From IMG/VR virus record IMGVR_UViG_2788499951_000002, positions 93,857-157,856 of that record: a stretch of 64,000 bases of DNA. One strand, 5' to 3'. The stretch's first letter is position 1. Each line of letters opens with the position of its first letter. A model generated the notes under the pieces. The model worked only from the letters and a program-made list of their open reading frames with translations. It did no database searches and had not been told where the DNA came from. The DNA is from a virus (taxonomy: Duplodnaviria; Caudoviricetes). A program made the translations under genes and the position numbers. This document shows, piece by piece, positions 19,712 through 29,491 of this stretch.

Positions 19712-20287
19712 CTACAGTTCGTTGATTGCTCTGATGTCAGAGAAGTGTTTACCCACCATATCAGATGCCTCTTTGTCTGTAAACAGGTAGAGTGCGATAT
19801 GGTCCTCTCCGAGATCGATTCCACCTCCTCGCAGCGACTTCAAGAAGTCTACATTCGCGTATGTGGTTTGACTGATGAATACCTCGTTGATCACCATGGA
19901 GCCGGTTTTCTTGTTTCGTGTGGTCGCTGCGCTTATGACACAGACTTCCCAAGTTTCATCGTTGACCATTGTGTAATTGAAATTAGACCGTGTGAAGTCA
20001 CAGAACACGCCGATATTGCGGATGGTATCCGAGGGCATCGCGTTTATTAAGGATTCAGCGATTCTGACATTGGGACTACGCGTTGGGTCAATGCTCGCAT
20101 TGAGGAAATCAGACAGAGACATCCCCTGAACGGTTGAGAATGTCCGCAGAATGCCATCACTGGTGTGGCGGCGCAGCGCAGATTCCATGTGAGTCTTTAC
20201 CGAATCAGTCCAATTGTAGATCAGATGCTTCTCATTGAGCATATTGAGAGAATCAATCAACGCTTGGGTGGCTGGGTTTGCTTTCAT
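19712..20287 (-). CDS. hypothetical, tag family (AINEL*)
   Basis: paralog of 18516..19085. Confidence 0.75.
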   Translation of the reverse strand: MKANPATQALIDSLNMLNEKHLIYNWTDSVKTHMESALRRHTSDGILRTFSTVQGMSLSDFLNASIDPTRSPNVRIAESLINAMPSDTIRNIGVFCDFTRSNFNYTMVNDETWEVCVISAATTRNKKTGSMVINEVFISQTTYANVDFLKSLRGGGIDLGEDHIALYLFTDKEASDMVGKHFSDIRAINEL

Positions 20288-20913
20288 AAGTCATCCATCG
20301 CAGTGGTGAGGATCAGGTATTCGATCAGGTGATCCGATTCCTCCCTAGAGAGAAACCGAATCAGAGGTATGGGGTTATTATGATCGAAATCTGGGAACAA
20401 GTCAACCATTTCCGACCAGCTCAACATGACGTCCCCATATGCACTGGAGAGCTGTGATCTTATCCTATACCCATCATCATCGAACTCGTTTGATTGATCA
20501 TAAAGTATCGACGGGACAACCTCATCATCAGAGTAATCCCCATGTGCGATCATCGCATTCAGGGGGTATCGACCGTTCTCCCCAGCGATGTCAAATCCGA
20601 AGTCACTGAGAAGGGCAATGATTCTCATCTTACTCAGTTGTGGTGGAGTGAACCCATACACGATATTCGCGATGCTCGTCGGTTGATTTGAATCCCCTGT
20701 TGTAAAGGTGTCATTCTTGATCAGACGGTCGAACCCACTGGGGAGGTCACATGAGAATCCAGACGCCTTCCAGTGTGCATAACGCTTATCGAATTCATCC
20801 ACAAGGCATTGCGGGGGTTCAAGCAAGATCCCCCACGTGGTGATACCACTGCAGAGAAGGTGTTTGAAAATCTCATCTGCTGCTATCTCATTGAGTCGGC
20901 GTTCATCGAACAT
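20284..20913 (-). CDS. hypothetical, tag family (AMDDL*)
   Basis: paralog of 19082..19702. Confidence 0.75.
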   Translation of the reverse strand: MFDERRLNEIAADEIFKHLLCSGITTWGILLEPPQCLVDEFDKRYAHWKASGFSCDLPSGFDRLIKNDTFTTGDSNQPTSIANIVYGFTPPQLSKMRIIALLSDFGFDIAGENGRYPLNAMIAHGDYSDDEVVPSILYDQSNEFDDDGYRIRSQLSSAYGDVMLSWSEMVDLFPDFDHNNPIPLIRFLSREESDHLIEYLILTTAMDDL

Positions 20914-20914
20914 G

Positions 20915-21493
20915 TCAGAGTTCCCTCATGGCCACTGTCAGATCGTGGATTTCTGTCATCTGATTCTTCAGTTGGATGCCCTTGTCTTCAGGAATGAAGA
21001 ACCAGACCGGTATATTCTCACCTTTGTTCAATTCAGCAGCCGAGGTGATGTGTTGAATGAGTTCCTCATGCAACCTGATACCTCGGAGGACATTCAGCTC
21101 ATCAACCGCATATGTGAATTCCCCGTCACTGTCGACCGACTGCCAGATCACAGACAGTTCAGGGATATCATCATATCCTTCATCGGTCAATACGGCAAAT
21201 ACCCTCGACTTCTCATAGTCGAACCCACATGGGTAATATGATGTCTTCATCCAGCCGACATGACCCAAGATATCGTTGACACGCCTCGGGGACTCGTTTT
21301 CAAGTGAACACTCCCCCAGCAAGAAATCCGCCATGAGGTGGTCCTCACGGGTGTGTTTTTTCTCTGAAAAAACGGCAGATGCATGATCCTCGATCACATC
21401 GTACATCAGACTCACCGGAACGTAGACGGATGCCCTCCTTTCTGCCATGTAGATGAGTTCATAGACCTTCTGTATTATGACATCGTCCTGCAT
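20915..21493 (-). CDS. hypothetical, tag family (AMREL*)
   Basis: start MQDD overlaps upstream stop, GGAGG RBS. Confidence 0.7.
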   Translation of the reverse strand: MQDDVIIQKVYELIYMAERRASVYVPVSLMYDVIEDHASAVFSEKKHTREDHLMADFLLGECSLENESPRRVNDILGHVGWMKTSYYPCGFDYEKSRVFAVLTDEGYDDIPELSVIWQSVDSDGEFTYAVDELNVLRGIRLHEELIQHITSAAELNKGENIPVWFFIPEDKGIQLKNQMTEIHDLTVAMREL

Positions 21494-22038
21494 CACAATT
21501 CCTCCACGGCTAGACTCATGTGAATCGCATCTTTGACTGTGCGATCCATGGCGGTTGATACAGAGAACCACTCGACGAATCGCTCTGGTGGTGTCGTTAG
21601 AACGCAAGGTTCACTCGGACGGTCTTTTGAATCCATCGAAGCGATCATCTCGTGTAGCTTCCCACTGGTAACGAAACGAGTCAGTGTGAGTTCACCTTCA
21701 TCCCGCCCAGTGAACACCAGAATGCTTTCGTTGGACCCTTGTCCGCCGTATTCACTCATGATCCCGACCAACACATATTCTGTCATGAGGCGATCACGGA
21801 CCCCAATCATGTGGAGAAAATGAAGCAGGTCTTCTACCACACCAGCCAGATCGGCATCGATGAAACGGTCACCCGTCCCAACCTCAAGTGAGCCATTCTT
21901 CCCCTCAGAGATATCCCGCCGCATCACCTCGCGTTCATCCCATGTGATTCGGCTTAGAGCCATCTCGCTGATCGGTGAAGTGTGCCTCAGTATCTCGATG
22001 AAGTTGGTCATGGACTGATCACAGACTAGGCGCGTCAT
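21493..22038 (-). CDS. hypothetical, tag family (AVEEL*); paralog of 22035..22613
   Basis: shared VG.GD.F, GI.SEYG..G.NE, LH..I..MD, EWFS.S. Confidence 0.75.
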   Translation of the reverse strand: MTRLVCDQSMTNFIEILRHTSPISEMALSRITWDEREVMRRDISEGKNGSLEVGTGDRFIDADLAGVVEDLLHFLHMIGVRDRLMTEYVLVGIMSEYGGQGSNESILVFTGRDEGELTLTRFVTSGKLHEMIASMDSKDRPSEPCVLTTPPERFVEWFSVSTAMDRTVKDAIHMSLAVEEL

Positions 22039-22613
22039 AATCCCTCCAATGCGATATACATGTGTACGTATTCGCTGAATTCCTGACCGGCGTCTTTAGA
22101 AATGGAGAACCATTCCGCATGTCGACGCTCGTTTATCGGTATGTCGGCCCACACTCTGCCAACTTGCGCAGTTCGGGGCTTGTCGTCCATCACCTCTATG
22201 ATTGAATGAAGATGAGTATCCATAGTGAAGAGGTAAGATTCATCACCAGTTTTGGTCGTGTCTCGCCAAATTATGACCGTCTCATTCAGCCCATACGGGC
22301 CGTACTCACTGATGATCCCGAACGGGAGTGCCTTGGCTGTGTCGATACCCTCCTCGCGTTGGTATTCTTCACGGAGTCGATATACTAACGACGGGCGCAC
22401 CTTGTGGTGCGTCTCAAGGAACTTGTCACCCGAACCAACCTTGATTCCTTCCGGCGTATACAATTCATCAAGGGACACTGCGATCTCCTCGAACTGGCGA
22501 GTGATGATGATCTTTCGCATCGAATGCCAAGAGATAGAAGTCTCTACCTCTACATGCACCAGAAGCCTTTCGACGTCATCTCGAATGCCCGACGTACTGT
22601 CAAAAACTCTCAT
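22035..22613 (-). CDS. hypothetical, tag family (ALEGL*)
   Basis: paralog of 21493..22038. Confidence 0.75.
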   Translation of the reverse strand: MRVFDSTSGIRDDVERLLVHVEVETSISWHSMRKIIITRQFEEIAVSLDELYTPEGIKVGSGDKFLETHHKVRPSLVYRLREEYQREEGIDTAKALPFGIISEYGPYGLNETVIIWRDTTKTGDESYLFTMDTHLHSIIEVMDDKPRTAQVGRVWADIPINERRHAEWFSISKDAGQEFSEYVHMYIALEGL

Positions 22614-22617
22614 TCGT

Positions 22618-23025
22618 TCATCCTCTGTCTCGGTAGAATTCATGGGTACCGACAGCACCGACCATCTCGATCTTGCTGTAGTCCCACTGAGGTGTGACAT
22701 AGTCTGCGTGATAGTAAAGCACATTCCCCATCAGAGGTCCAGCGTCAGTTGAGAGAACCGCATAGGCGGCTGCTTCTGCTTCACGTCGGGCCTTCTCGTT
22801 CGGCATGTCGAGACGCCCTGTGGCGATCTCAGTATTGCGGTACGAGAACTGGAAAGGCTGCTCAACCACGAGGCATGGGGTGTCTGGCCATCTCGGATCC
22901 AAGGTGCGATTATAGATGACTGCAGCCACTGCCACCATTCCAGAGAATCCCTCACCCCTTGCTTCGAAGTAGAGGGCTTCTGTCATGCATTCAAGTTGTG
23001 CCGCCATTACGAGTTCTGCAAACAT
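22618..23025 (-). CDS. cell wall hydrolase, SleB/Hydrolase_2 family
   Basis: C...ALYFEARGE...G..AVA.VI.NR...WP.T.C.VV.QPFQFS...YYHA.YV.P.W...G.H.FY. Confidence 0.9.
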   Translation of the reverse strand: MFAELVMAAQLECMTEALYFEARGEGFSGMVAVAAVIYNRTLDPRWPDTPCLVVEQPFQFSYRNTEIATGRLDMPNEKARREAEAAAYAVLSTDAGPLMGNVLYYHADYVTPQWDYSKIEMVGAVGTHEFYRDRG

Positions 23026-23051
23026 GGTGCTCTCTCCTGTTGTTTGATTGA

Positions 23052-23080
23052 ATCATACGTCAGACAGAGCACCATGTCAA
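23052..23080 (-). promoter_or_regulatory. sigma70 early promoter
   Basis: TTGACA-17 bp-TATGAT. Confidence 0.75.
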
Positions 23081-23083
23081 CAC

Positions 23084-23566
23084 TCAAATTGACTCCATCG
23101 CGAGAGACATCTCCACATCGGGATGGTCGACGAATGACGCTGTGAGAAGTTTCACCGCCTCCTGTGTCTCAAGCCTGACGTAGTGTTTTCCCGCCTCACT
23201 GGACCCCTCTACGGTGAACCTGTCGGAAGAACCACGAACCCCATGGGAGAAGAAAACGTTGCGGATGATAACCGAGTCCCCATCTGGTAGATGGCTCGGT
23301 GGTGGAACAGCACTCATTGTGACGGTTAACGTCTCTTCCATTGGATCCCCGAATATCGCCTCAAGCGAAACACCCCAGTCATCCAGCAGTGCATACACAC
23401 ATGTTGAGCTTCCAATGGCATTCATGTATATGGTTCGGTCACCATGTGGAGTTCCGTCGAGGATATATCGAAGCAGCCGCTCAATTGGAGGTGCGAGGAC
23501 GATGTCACCCATCAAGATGGGCTTGTCTTCTGCCAGTAGTCTCATGAAACGATCATAGTTCGACAT
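23084..23566 (-). CDS. hypothetical, tag family (AMESI*)
   Basis: ORF in array. Confidence 0.7.
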   Translation of the reverse strand: MSNYDRFMRLLAEDKPILMGDIVLAPPIERLLRYILDGTPHGDRTIYMNAIGSSTCVYALLDDWGVSLEAIFGDPMEETLTVTMSAVPPPSHLPDGDSVIIRNVFFSHGVRGSSDRFTVEGSSEAGKHYVRLETQEAVKLLTASFVDHPDVEMSLAMESI

Positions 23567-24156
23567 TACAGTTGCTCCAGTGCGATTGAGTCGTTGATTA
23601 TGTTGACAAACTGCATCGGGGCGACGGTAGTGCCGGTGACAACCCTGACATCGACATGGGTCGCCGCCTTAGGGTTACGGGAGAATGAATGCCCACCTCC
23701 CAACCTGCTCGCACCACGGGCGAGGATTCTCTGATTGCCCACGACAGCGTTGAATAATACCTCGATTGAGTGGGGCAGTAGCTCGGATGTATCTGGATCG
23801 TGACAATGAACCGTCAGACACTTGATATGAACTCGTCCGGTGCGACTAGGGACATACACCATCCGTGCCTTGACCGATGTCATGACAGCCATACCATTGA
23901 CCTGAGACATCATGGGTGTCTCGGGTATCACGATCACGTCCATATGGAGGTTGGCCCCGTAAGAAGCCCGAGGGATAACACTGTATCCTTCAGGGTTCTC
24001 AACGAACCCCCGCCATACTGAGAGGCCATCGGAGAGAAGCTTCATCCCTTCGTGCCATTCCGAACGATACGGATCGTTCCACGTCGGTTTGTTTGATTCA
24101 AACGTATCCATTTCAACAATCCCATTGTTGGGGATCGGCGTGATGATTGACGCCAT
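23566..24156 (-). CDS. hypothetical, tag family (ALEQL*)
   Basis: ORF in array. Confidence 0.7.
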   Translation of the reverse strand: MASIITPIPNNGIVEMDTFESNKPTWNDPYRSEWHEGMKLLSDGLSVWRGFVENPEGYSVIPRASYGANLHMDVIVIPETPMMSQVNGMAVMTSVKARMVYVPSRTGRVHIKCLTVHCHDPDTSELLPHSIEVLFNAVVGNQRILARGASRLGGGHSFSRNPKAATHVDVRVVTGTTVAPMQFVNIINDSIALEQL

Positions 24157-24163
24157 GGTAACC

Positions 24164-24979
24164 TCACATTTTGTCGAGAGCGTGTTGGAATTTCAGATCT
24201 TCGAACTCCTGAGAGTCTTTGACCCAATCATAGCACAACATGTAGACATACCAAAGAACAAATTCGTTCATTTCGATCTGGCCGGAGAAATACTGACCAT
24301 TCATCCCAACTCCGTCCATGTCGGCCAGTGACCGAGTGAAGAACTCGTATGAGACATGATCAACATCGAGGAACATGAAGCGACTTTCGATCTCAATGAG
24401 GTGAGTGCTGCCGAACGGTACTTGATAGGTCATCTTGGTCGGCATCAGCTGTTTCTTACCATTGACGTCCAATAAGCCGACCTCGTGAACCGTCGTGTTG
24501 TTCCTCAGCACGCTGGGGTCATCAAGAATACGCTTCACCCCAACGCTGGTGTCGGATGTCACCCCATTCGGATCACTGGCGAGCAGTGAGACGGGTATCA
24601 AGAACAGGTGAATCATGACAGGGAGAAAACTATCATCCCTTGTCAACTCACCAGCCATGAGGAATGATGCCACAACGATGATCGCACCGACTGAAAGCGC
24701 CGCTGTTCCAATCTGGGTTGCTTTCATTCTGGGTATACATTCGAGACGATGACCCTTCACGGTGCAGGTGATAATGGTGATCATCAATGTAATCATAGCG
24801 ATAGCACCGAGGGCTAATAACCGCACCCGCTCCGGTGTGGAGAATCCGTCTATCACGATCAACAACGGAAGGAATGTGATTATGAGCAGTGTGGGAATCA
24901 CTGCTGCCAACTTTCTTCTCCACCGGCGATGCAGCTGAATCGTGATATGGTCTTCATCCGTCAGGTCGCGAAGGATCAT
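24164..24979 (-). CDS. membrane protein (about 4 TM + soluble domain), tag family (ALDKM*)
   Basis: N-terminal hydrophobic helices. Confidence 0.7.
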   Translation of the reverse strand: MILRDLTDEDHITIQLHRRWRRKLAAVIPTLLIITFLPLLIVIDGFSTPERVRLLALGAIAMITLMITIITCTVKGHRLECIPRMKATQIGTAALSVGAIIVVASFLMAGELTRDDSFLPVMIHLFLIPVSLLASDPNGVTSDTSVGVKRILDDPSVLRNNTTVHEVGLLDVNGKKQLMPTKMTYQVPFGSTHLIEIESRFMFLDVDHVSYEFFTRSLADMDGVGMNGQYFSGQIEMNEFVLWYVYMLCYDWVKDSQEFEDLKFQHALDKM

Positions 24980-24988
24980 GTTGTCTCC

Positions 24989-25819
24989 TCAGATTTTTTC
25001 GATTGCGATGCGTTCTTGAGACACCATACCAGTGATGAGGGCATGAATCAATTCGACGGAAGGCGCAGCACTCGATCCCCAGATGGACGCGGTTCTGAGA
25101 TCCGCTGCATCGAATGCAGTTCGGGTCGAAATATCAGCGAGGACACTCGACTTGACCACATCTTCATCTGGCAGTTCAAATCGCAGACCACCCACATGGA
25201 CAACCCCATGGAATTGATGGTCATTGATGATATTCGTCTTGGGATTTCGTGCGACCATCTGGACCTTTGCTGTTGTTACAGCACCGTAATCCTCGATTTG
25301 AGTGGCGACCAGTCGTTCGATGTCACAATTGAATGATAGTTGGAGTGACCCACACTCAATGGTTGCGCTCGAGATCAGATGGACTGGCTTGTCTCCCACC
25401 CGAATGTCGGTTGTCTCAAGATGAGTCACTTCGAACTTCTTTGAGTCCCGCGTCAGGTACAGACGATATGCGATGACTTCAAGTCTGGACAGCGAGGTGT
25501 ACTCCATCAGAGTCCTCATAAGCACCAATCCCATGAAGATGATACCGAGGGACGCCAGACTTAACCCCACCACCGCGACTCCCAGAGGGCGATCATCTGA
25601 TTCCATAAGTATCCCAGCATTGATTCCGTGCGTGATTGCCATCACGGAGCCAAACAAGGAGGCCAGAATCAGCAGAACGAACGGGAGGCGTTTCTGGTAG
25701 ATTCGCGCACGCTTTGCATCTTTCCACCGTCGGCGAGCAACCAGTGTCGGGGACATCCGGATGAAGTGGGCATGGAATCCGAGAAGGACGTTGTAAACAA
25801 CATGGATGATGTAGTTCAT
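24989..25819 (-). CDS. membrane protein (2 TM + soluble domain), tag family (AIEKI*)
   Basis: similar to 25829..26644 (IH..I..MVS.E.IA). Confidence 0.7.
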   Translation of the reverse strand: MNYIIHVVYNVLLGFHAHFIRMSPTLVARRRWKDAKRARIYQKRLPFVLLILASLFGSVMAITHGINAGILMESDDRPLGVAVVGLSLASLGIIFMGLVLMRTLMEYTSLSRLEVIAYRLYLTRDSKKFEVTHLETTDIRVGDKPVHLISSATIECGSLQLSFNCDIERLVATQIEDYGAVTTAKVQMVARNPKTNIINDHQFHGVVHVGGLRFELPDEDVVKSSVLADISTRTAFDAADLRTASIWGSSAAPSVELIHALITGMVSQERIAIEKI

Positions 25820-25828
25820 TTCAAGACC

Positions 25829-26644
25829 TCAGAGCTGTGAGAGGGCGATGTGTTCCTCTGACACCATGTCAGAGATCATTGAGTGAATCGCGATGCAACG
25901 TGACGTACTGGTGTGTTTGAACCAAGCTTCCATCTGGTTTCCCATGGGGAAGGCTTCACCATAGAGAGACGCGTTGATGCGGACGGATTGCCAGTCACTC
26001 CGAAGCACACCACCGTATGACTGGCCGTTGTAGACGATATCACCACCCACCGATTTCGGCAAGTATTTGATGATGAGCTTGAAGTCAATCGGACCTGAGT
26101 TCGGGTGGCTACCATCTATCTGATCAATGATGATCTTGTCCACATCGAGAAGGAAAGATACAGTCCGGATGCCGTCGTCGAGATCAACCCGAGAGATGAT
26201 GGTGCGTATCTCATTGTTGACCTTTACCTTGGCCGTCCTGATGTTGGTGATCATGATTTCTCTCTTCTTGCGGGATCTCCACATGGAGTAGATGAGTGCC
26301 GCTGCCGAGTCGGTCCGGTTGCTCGGAAGTGCATGTTTGAATCCAAACAGTACGACCCCGATCCCAATCCCACCTATGAGGGAACCAAGTATGGCCAACT
26401 CAGGCACCACCGACCCACCGGCGTTACTCGGCCAATGTCCCCATCCTACCCAAGTCCCCAGACCGATCAGGACGGATCCGAGGACTAGCATCGGGATCAT
26501 CGGGAATGCCTTCAGTGTCTGCATGCGGTGTTGCCAGTGCCAATCACTACTCAGTCCGAGTGGTGATCGCTTGAATCGCATTGCGCGGATGGACATACCA
26601 ACACCCAGACAGAACATCTTGAGGGAGTTCATAAAAGATCTCAT
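25829..26644 (-). CDS. membrane protein (2 TM + soluble domain), tag family (ALSQL*)
   Basis: similar to 24989..25819. Confidence 0.7.
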   Translation of the reverse strand: MRSFMNSLKMFCLGVGMSIRAMRFKRSPLGLSSDWHWQHRMQTLKAFPMIPMLVLGSVLIGLGTWVGWGHWPSNAGGSVVPELAILGSLIGGIGIGVVLFGFKHALPSNRTDSAAALIYSMWRSRKKREIMITNIRTAKVKVNNEIRTIISRVDLDDGIRTVSFLLDVDKIIIDQIDGSHPNSGPIDFKLIIKYLPKSVGGDIVYNGQSYGGVLRSDWQSVRINASLYGEAFPMGNQMEAWFKHTSTSRCIAIHSMISDMVSEEHIALSQL

Positions 26645-27501
26645 AAGTGCTCCAGTGCTATTTCATCAGAGAAGTCGATCTTGGATGCAAGCACCCACGT
26701 GATGAGAATATAGCCGATGTTGAGTGTGTTTTCAATCGACATTTTGTCCGTCTTGGATCTGGCACCCCATCCCCCCATGGATGACGTCGATACTCGTTCT
26801 TCCATGCTGACCTCGGTGGACAATGAGTACCGTGGCTTCACTTTTTCCGAACCGACCGACATCGACATGACTGACTGACGGACCCCCTTATCGCCGATTC
26901 CGATGAATGCCGGTGTGCTACCCGTGTCAATGAGTTCAAGTAGGCTGATCGGGTTCTTACCCCCACGTGATCTCGACATGCGAAGTGTCCATCTCCCGTC
27001 GAGCGTAATAGTCCCATCGACGGGAATGTGCATTACTTCGGGGTCTTCGCCGGTGCGATTGATTGTGAGGGTCTTGAACGTCACCCCGTCAACATCAATA
27101 CGTGACTTGACTTCCTCTGCAGAGGTGGTCATTAGCCAGCGCAGCATCGAACGAATGCGCTCATCCGTTGCTTGGATCTGCTTGTTGGACTCTTGTTTTG
27201 GACGGAACTCACCAAGTGTGATACACAGCGCCAATGCATAAATGAGGGATGCAACCACAATGGTAACTCCGATGAACGCACAGACAACCTGCAGTCCGCT
27301 TCCGTCCGGTACATACATGATCATCCCAGTTATGGCGAGACCGCATATGATCAACATTATCACCGAGTAGATACAGAACACCACATTATGACCATAGTAC
27401 AACCCAACTTCGACCAGTTCCTCGAAGTCGGAGTCTCGGAGGTACGGGATCTTGAGTTGTTCGATATTCCGCATGACTCGCCATGTTGTGAATATGTTCA
27501 T
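26641..27501 (-). CDS. membrane protein (2 TM + soluble domain), tag family (ALEHL*)
   Basis: two hydrophobic helices at about aa 40-95. Confidence 0.7.
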   Translation of the reverse strand: MNIFTTWRVMRNIEQLKIPYLRDSDFEELVEVGLYYGHNVVFCIYSVIMLIICGLAITGMIMYVPDGSGLQVVCAFIGVTIVVASLIYALALCITLGEFRPKQESNKQIQATDERIRSMLRWLMTTSAEEVKSRIDVDGVTFKTLTINRTGEDPEVMHIPVDGTITLDGRWTLRMSRSRGGKNPISLLELIDTGSTPAFIGIGDKGVRQSVMSMSVGSEKVKPRYSLSTEVSMEERVSTSSMGGWGARSKTDKMSIENTLNIGYILITWVLASKIDFSDEIALEHL

Positions 27502-27508
27502 TGCTGCC

Positions 27509-28813
27509 TCACTTGATGATGTTGTTTGATTTAAGGGATTCTAGGTACAGACTAGCATCGTCCTTCCCGTAGAGCAATGCCTCATTCAAGAAGCACCCAC
27601 GTCCACCGATGAACTCGGTAGAGGAGAAGTCGAACTCAGGGAAGACACGTTCACTATAACGGCGGATGTCCTCACCGCTCAGATCCCCTACCTCAACGAT
27701 TCGATCAATACGCCCCTTACGGGTGACAGCCGGATCAATCATCTCGAGATGGTTCGTAGTGAAGAACAGGATACAGTTGTCCAGAGGTACCACACCGTCC
27801 AGCACGTTCAGAACCCCACTGATAGTGAGTGGTGAGAAGTTCATCAATGAGTCTCCCCCACTGCTGTTGACCTCTTCGCCACCCCCAGCGTTTCGATCAT
27901 GAAACGCCTTGGACGAGTCAAAGTCCTCAATCACAACAACTGAGTTGGTCGGGACACTGTCCAGTGCTGCCTCGAATGTCTTGTCGGACAGGGTAGCCAG
28001 TGAGACAGTGCACAGGTTCATATTATAGTGAGAAGCGAGTGCACGGATCAACGATGTTTTACCGGTTCCGGGCTGCCCATGCAAGATGAAGGCCAGTTTG
28101 TATGCCAGACTGTTGTCATAGTACCACCCACGCTGGTTCTTGAAGTGATCGATACATGAGGTGATCTCCTCGCGCATGGCGACCGGCATTGCAACAGACT
28201 CGAGGGGACGACGGGTGATGCGCTTGCTGCGCTCCCAATCCCCATGCATGTCCATCTTGTAGACCGAGATCTTGTCATTGTCGTCGTCTTTCGGGGTGAT
28301 TGAATCGAACAGCTCGGTGAAGATCGCATGGCGGCGTCCGAGCATCGTCACGGTGATCTCTTCTTTCTGGCGCTCGGATCCGGATGAGTCCAACTTGTCC
28401 ATGCGGATCCAGACCGGACGACCTCCCCAGAATGCAATATGATTACCATACCCGAGGGAAACGGTAACGTGCTCCACGAACCGAGACAGATCACGGTCAT
28501 AGGTTCGGGACGGGTTCACCGACTTTGAACGAGACAACCACTTCACGGTGTGTTCCTCTGCCCACTCGAGGAATCGATTGTAGTTCTCCTGCTGTTCGAA
28601 CCCTGCGTTGTTCAGAGTCAGAGTGGTGGTGGTCATGTGCTTGATCTTTGCAAGCACTTTGGCTGGGATAGAGCGAGCTGCATACCCCACCCACGTAATA
28701 GCACCACCCCCGAGGATCCCCGCTAGGAATTCATTCCCATGAGTGGCTTCGTTGATGAATGCAGACCAAGCGGCTATTGCATCGCTGGCGTGTGTGATGA
28801 GTGATTCAATCAT
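27509..28813 (-). CDS. BCS1-like membrane-anchored AAA ATPase
   Basis: N-terminal TM; BCS1_N-like GYGNH..W.GRPVWI...EITVTMLGR; RPLESV; Walker A GQPGTGKT; Walker B VIEDFD; SGVLNVLDG; TTNH...DPAV.R.GRID. Confidence 0.85.
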   Translation of the reverse strand: MIESLITHASDAIAAWSAFINEATHGNEFLAGILGGGAITWVGYAARSIPAKVLAKIKHMTTTTLTLNNAGFEQQENYNRFLEWAEEHTVKWLSRSKSVNPSRTYDRDLSRFVEHVTVSLGYGNHIAFWGGRPVWIRMDKLDSSGSERQKEEITVTMLGRRHAIFTELFDSITPKDDDNDKISVYKMDMHGDWERSKRITRRPLESVAMPVAMREEITSCIDHFKNQRGWYYDNSLAYKLAFILHGQPGTGKTSLIRALASHYNMNLCTVSLATLSDKTFEAALDSVPTNSVVVIEDFDSSKAFHDRNAGGGEEVNSSGGDSLMNFSPLTISGVLNVLDGVVPLDNCILFFTTNHLEMIDPAVTRKGRIDRIVEVGDLSGEDIRRYSERVFPEFDFSSTEFIGGRGCFLNEALLYGKDDASLYLESLKSNNIIK

Positions 28814-28821
28814 GTTGTCTC

Positions 28822-29490
28822 CTAGAGGTCATGGAGGGCTGTGTTCATTCGGACATCATCAAGCCTATCAGATGTCAGGAAGAAATCAAGCAGCATTTCT
28901 ATATGGGGTTGGTAGAATCGGCGATATATCACCGGATTGGTATAATGTGGCAAGCTGTGTCCGAACCGGCACTCCCCACGGATCCCGAAGTAAACACGGG
29001 CACGATGTTCATGAACGGATGATATGCCGACATATGCAACAAGAGCCGCAATGGTCTGCATTCTACCGGTGGGGCCGACAATGGTGCATCGAATCGTCGC
29101 GAATCCATCAACTGGATGTATCGTGATATTGTTCTCGTGGAAGATGTCATCGGGGTAGATCTTCGCCGTCAAGAAAGTCAGGATGCCCTCTTTGAGAGAT
29201 CTGACCCCACGGTCGATGTCAGCCAACTCACTGACCTCACCTGAGAACAATCCCAGATTCGCAGATGACCAGAAGGTCAGGGCGGGGATCGCCGACATGA
29301 AAGACCCGAGCGCCAGTGGGATCCAGAACTCATATTCGTTCATCAATGCCCATATGAACCCACCCAGAGAGACAAAGACGATCAGTAGCCACACCACAGT
29401 ATAAGCGATGTGTTTGACAAACATCCTCATCAGCCCTGCGTCTCTCATGACACCAAGATTCTTCAACGCCCATACGATTCCTCTGTTCAT
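28822..29490 (-). CDS. membrane protein (2 TM), tag family (ALHDL*)
   Basis: AGGAG RBS before MNRG; hydrophobic helices. Confidence 0.7.
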   Translation of the reverse strand: MNRGIVWALKNLGVMRDAGLMRMFVKHIAYTVVWLLIVFVSLGGFIWALMNEYEFWIPLALGSFMSAIPALTFWSSANLGLFSGEVSELADIDRGVRSLKEGILTFLTAKIYPDDIFHENNITIHPVDGFATIRCTIVGPTGRMQTIAALVAYVGISSVHEHRARVYFGIRGECRFGHSLPHYTNPVIYRRFYQPHIEMLLDFFLTSDRLDDVRMNTALHDL

Positions 29491-29491
29491 T

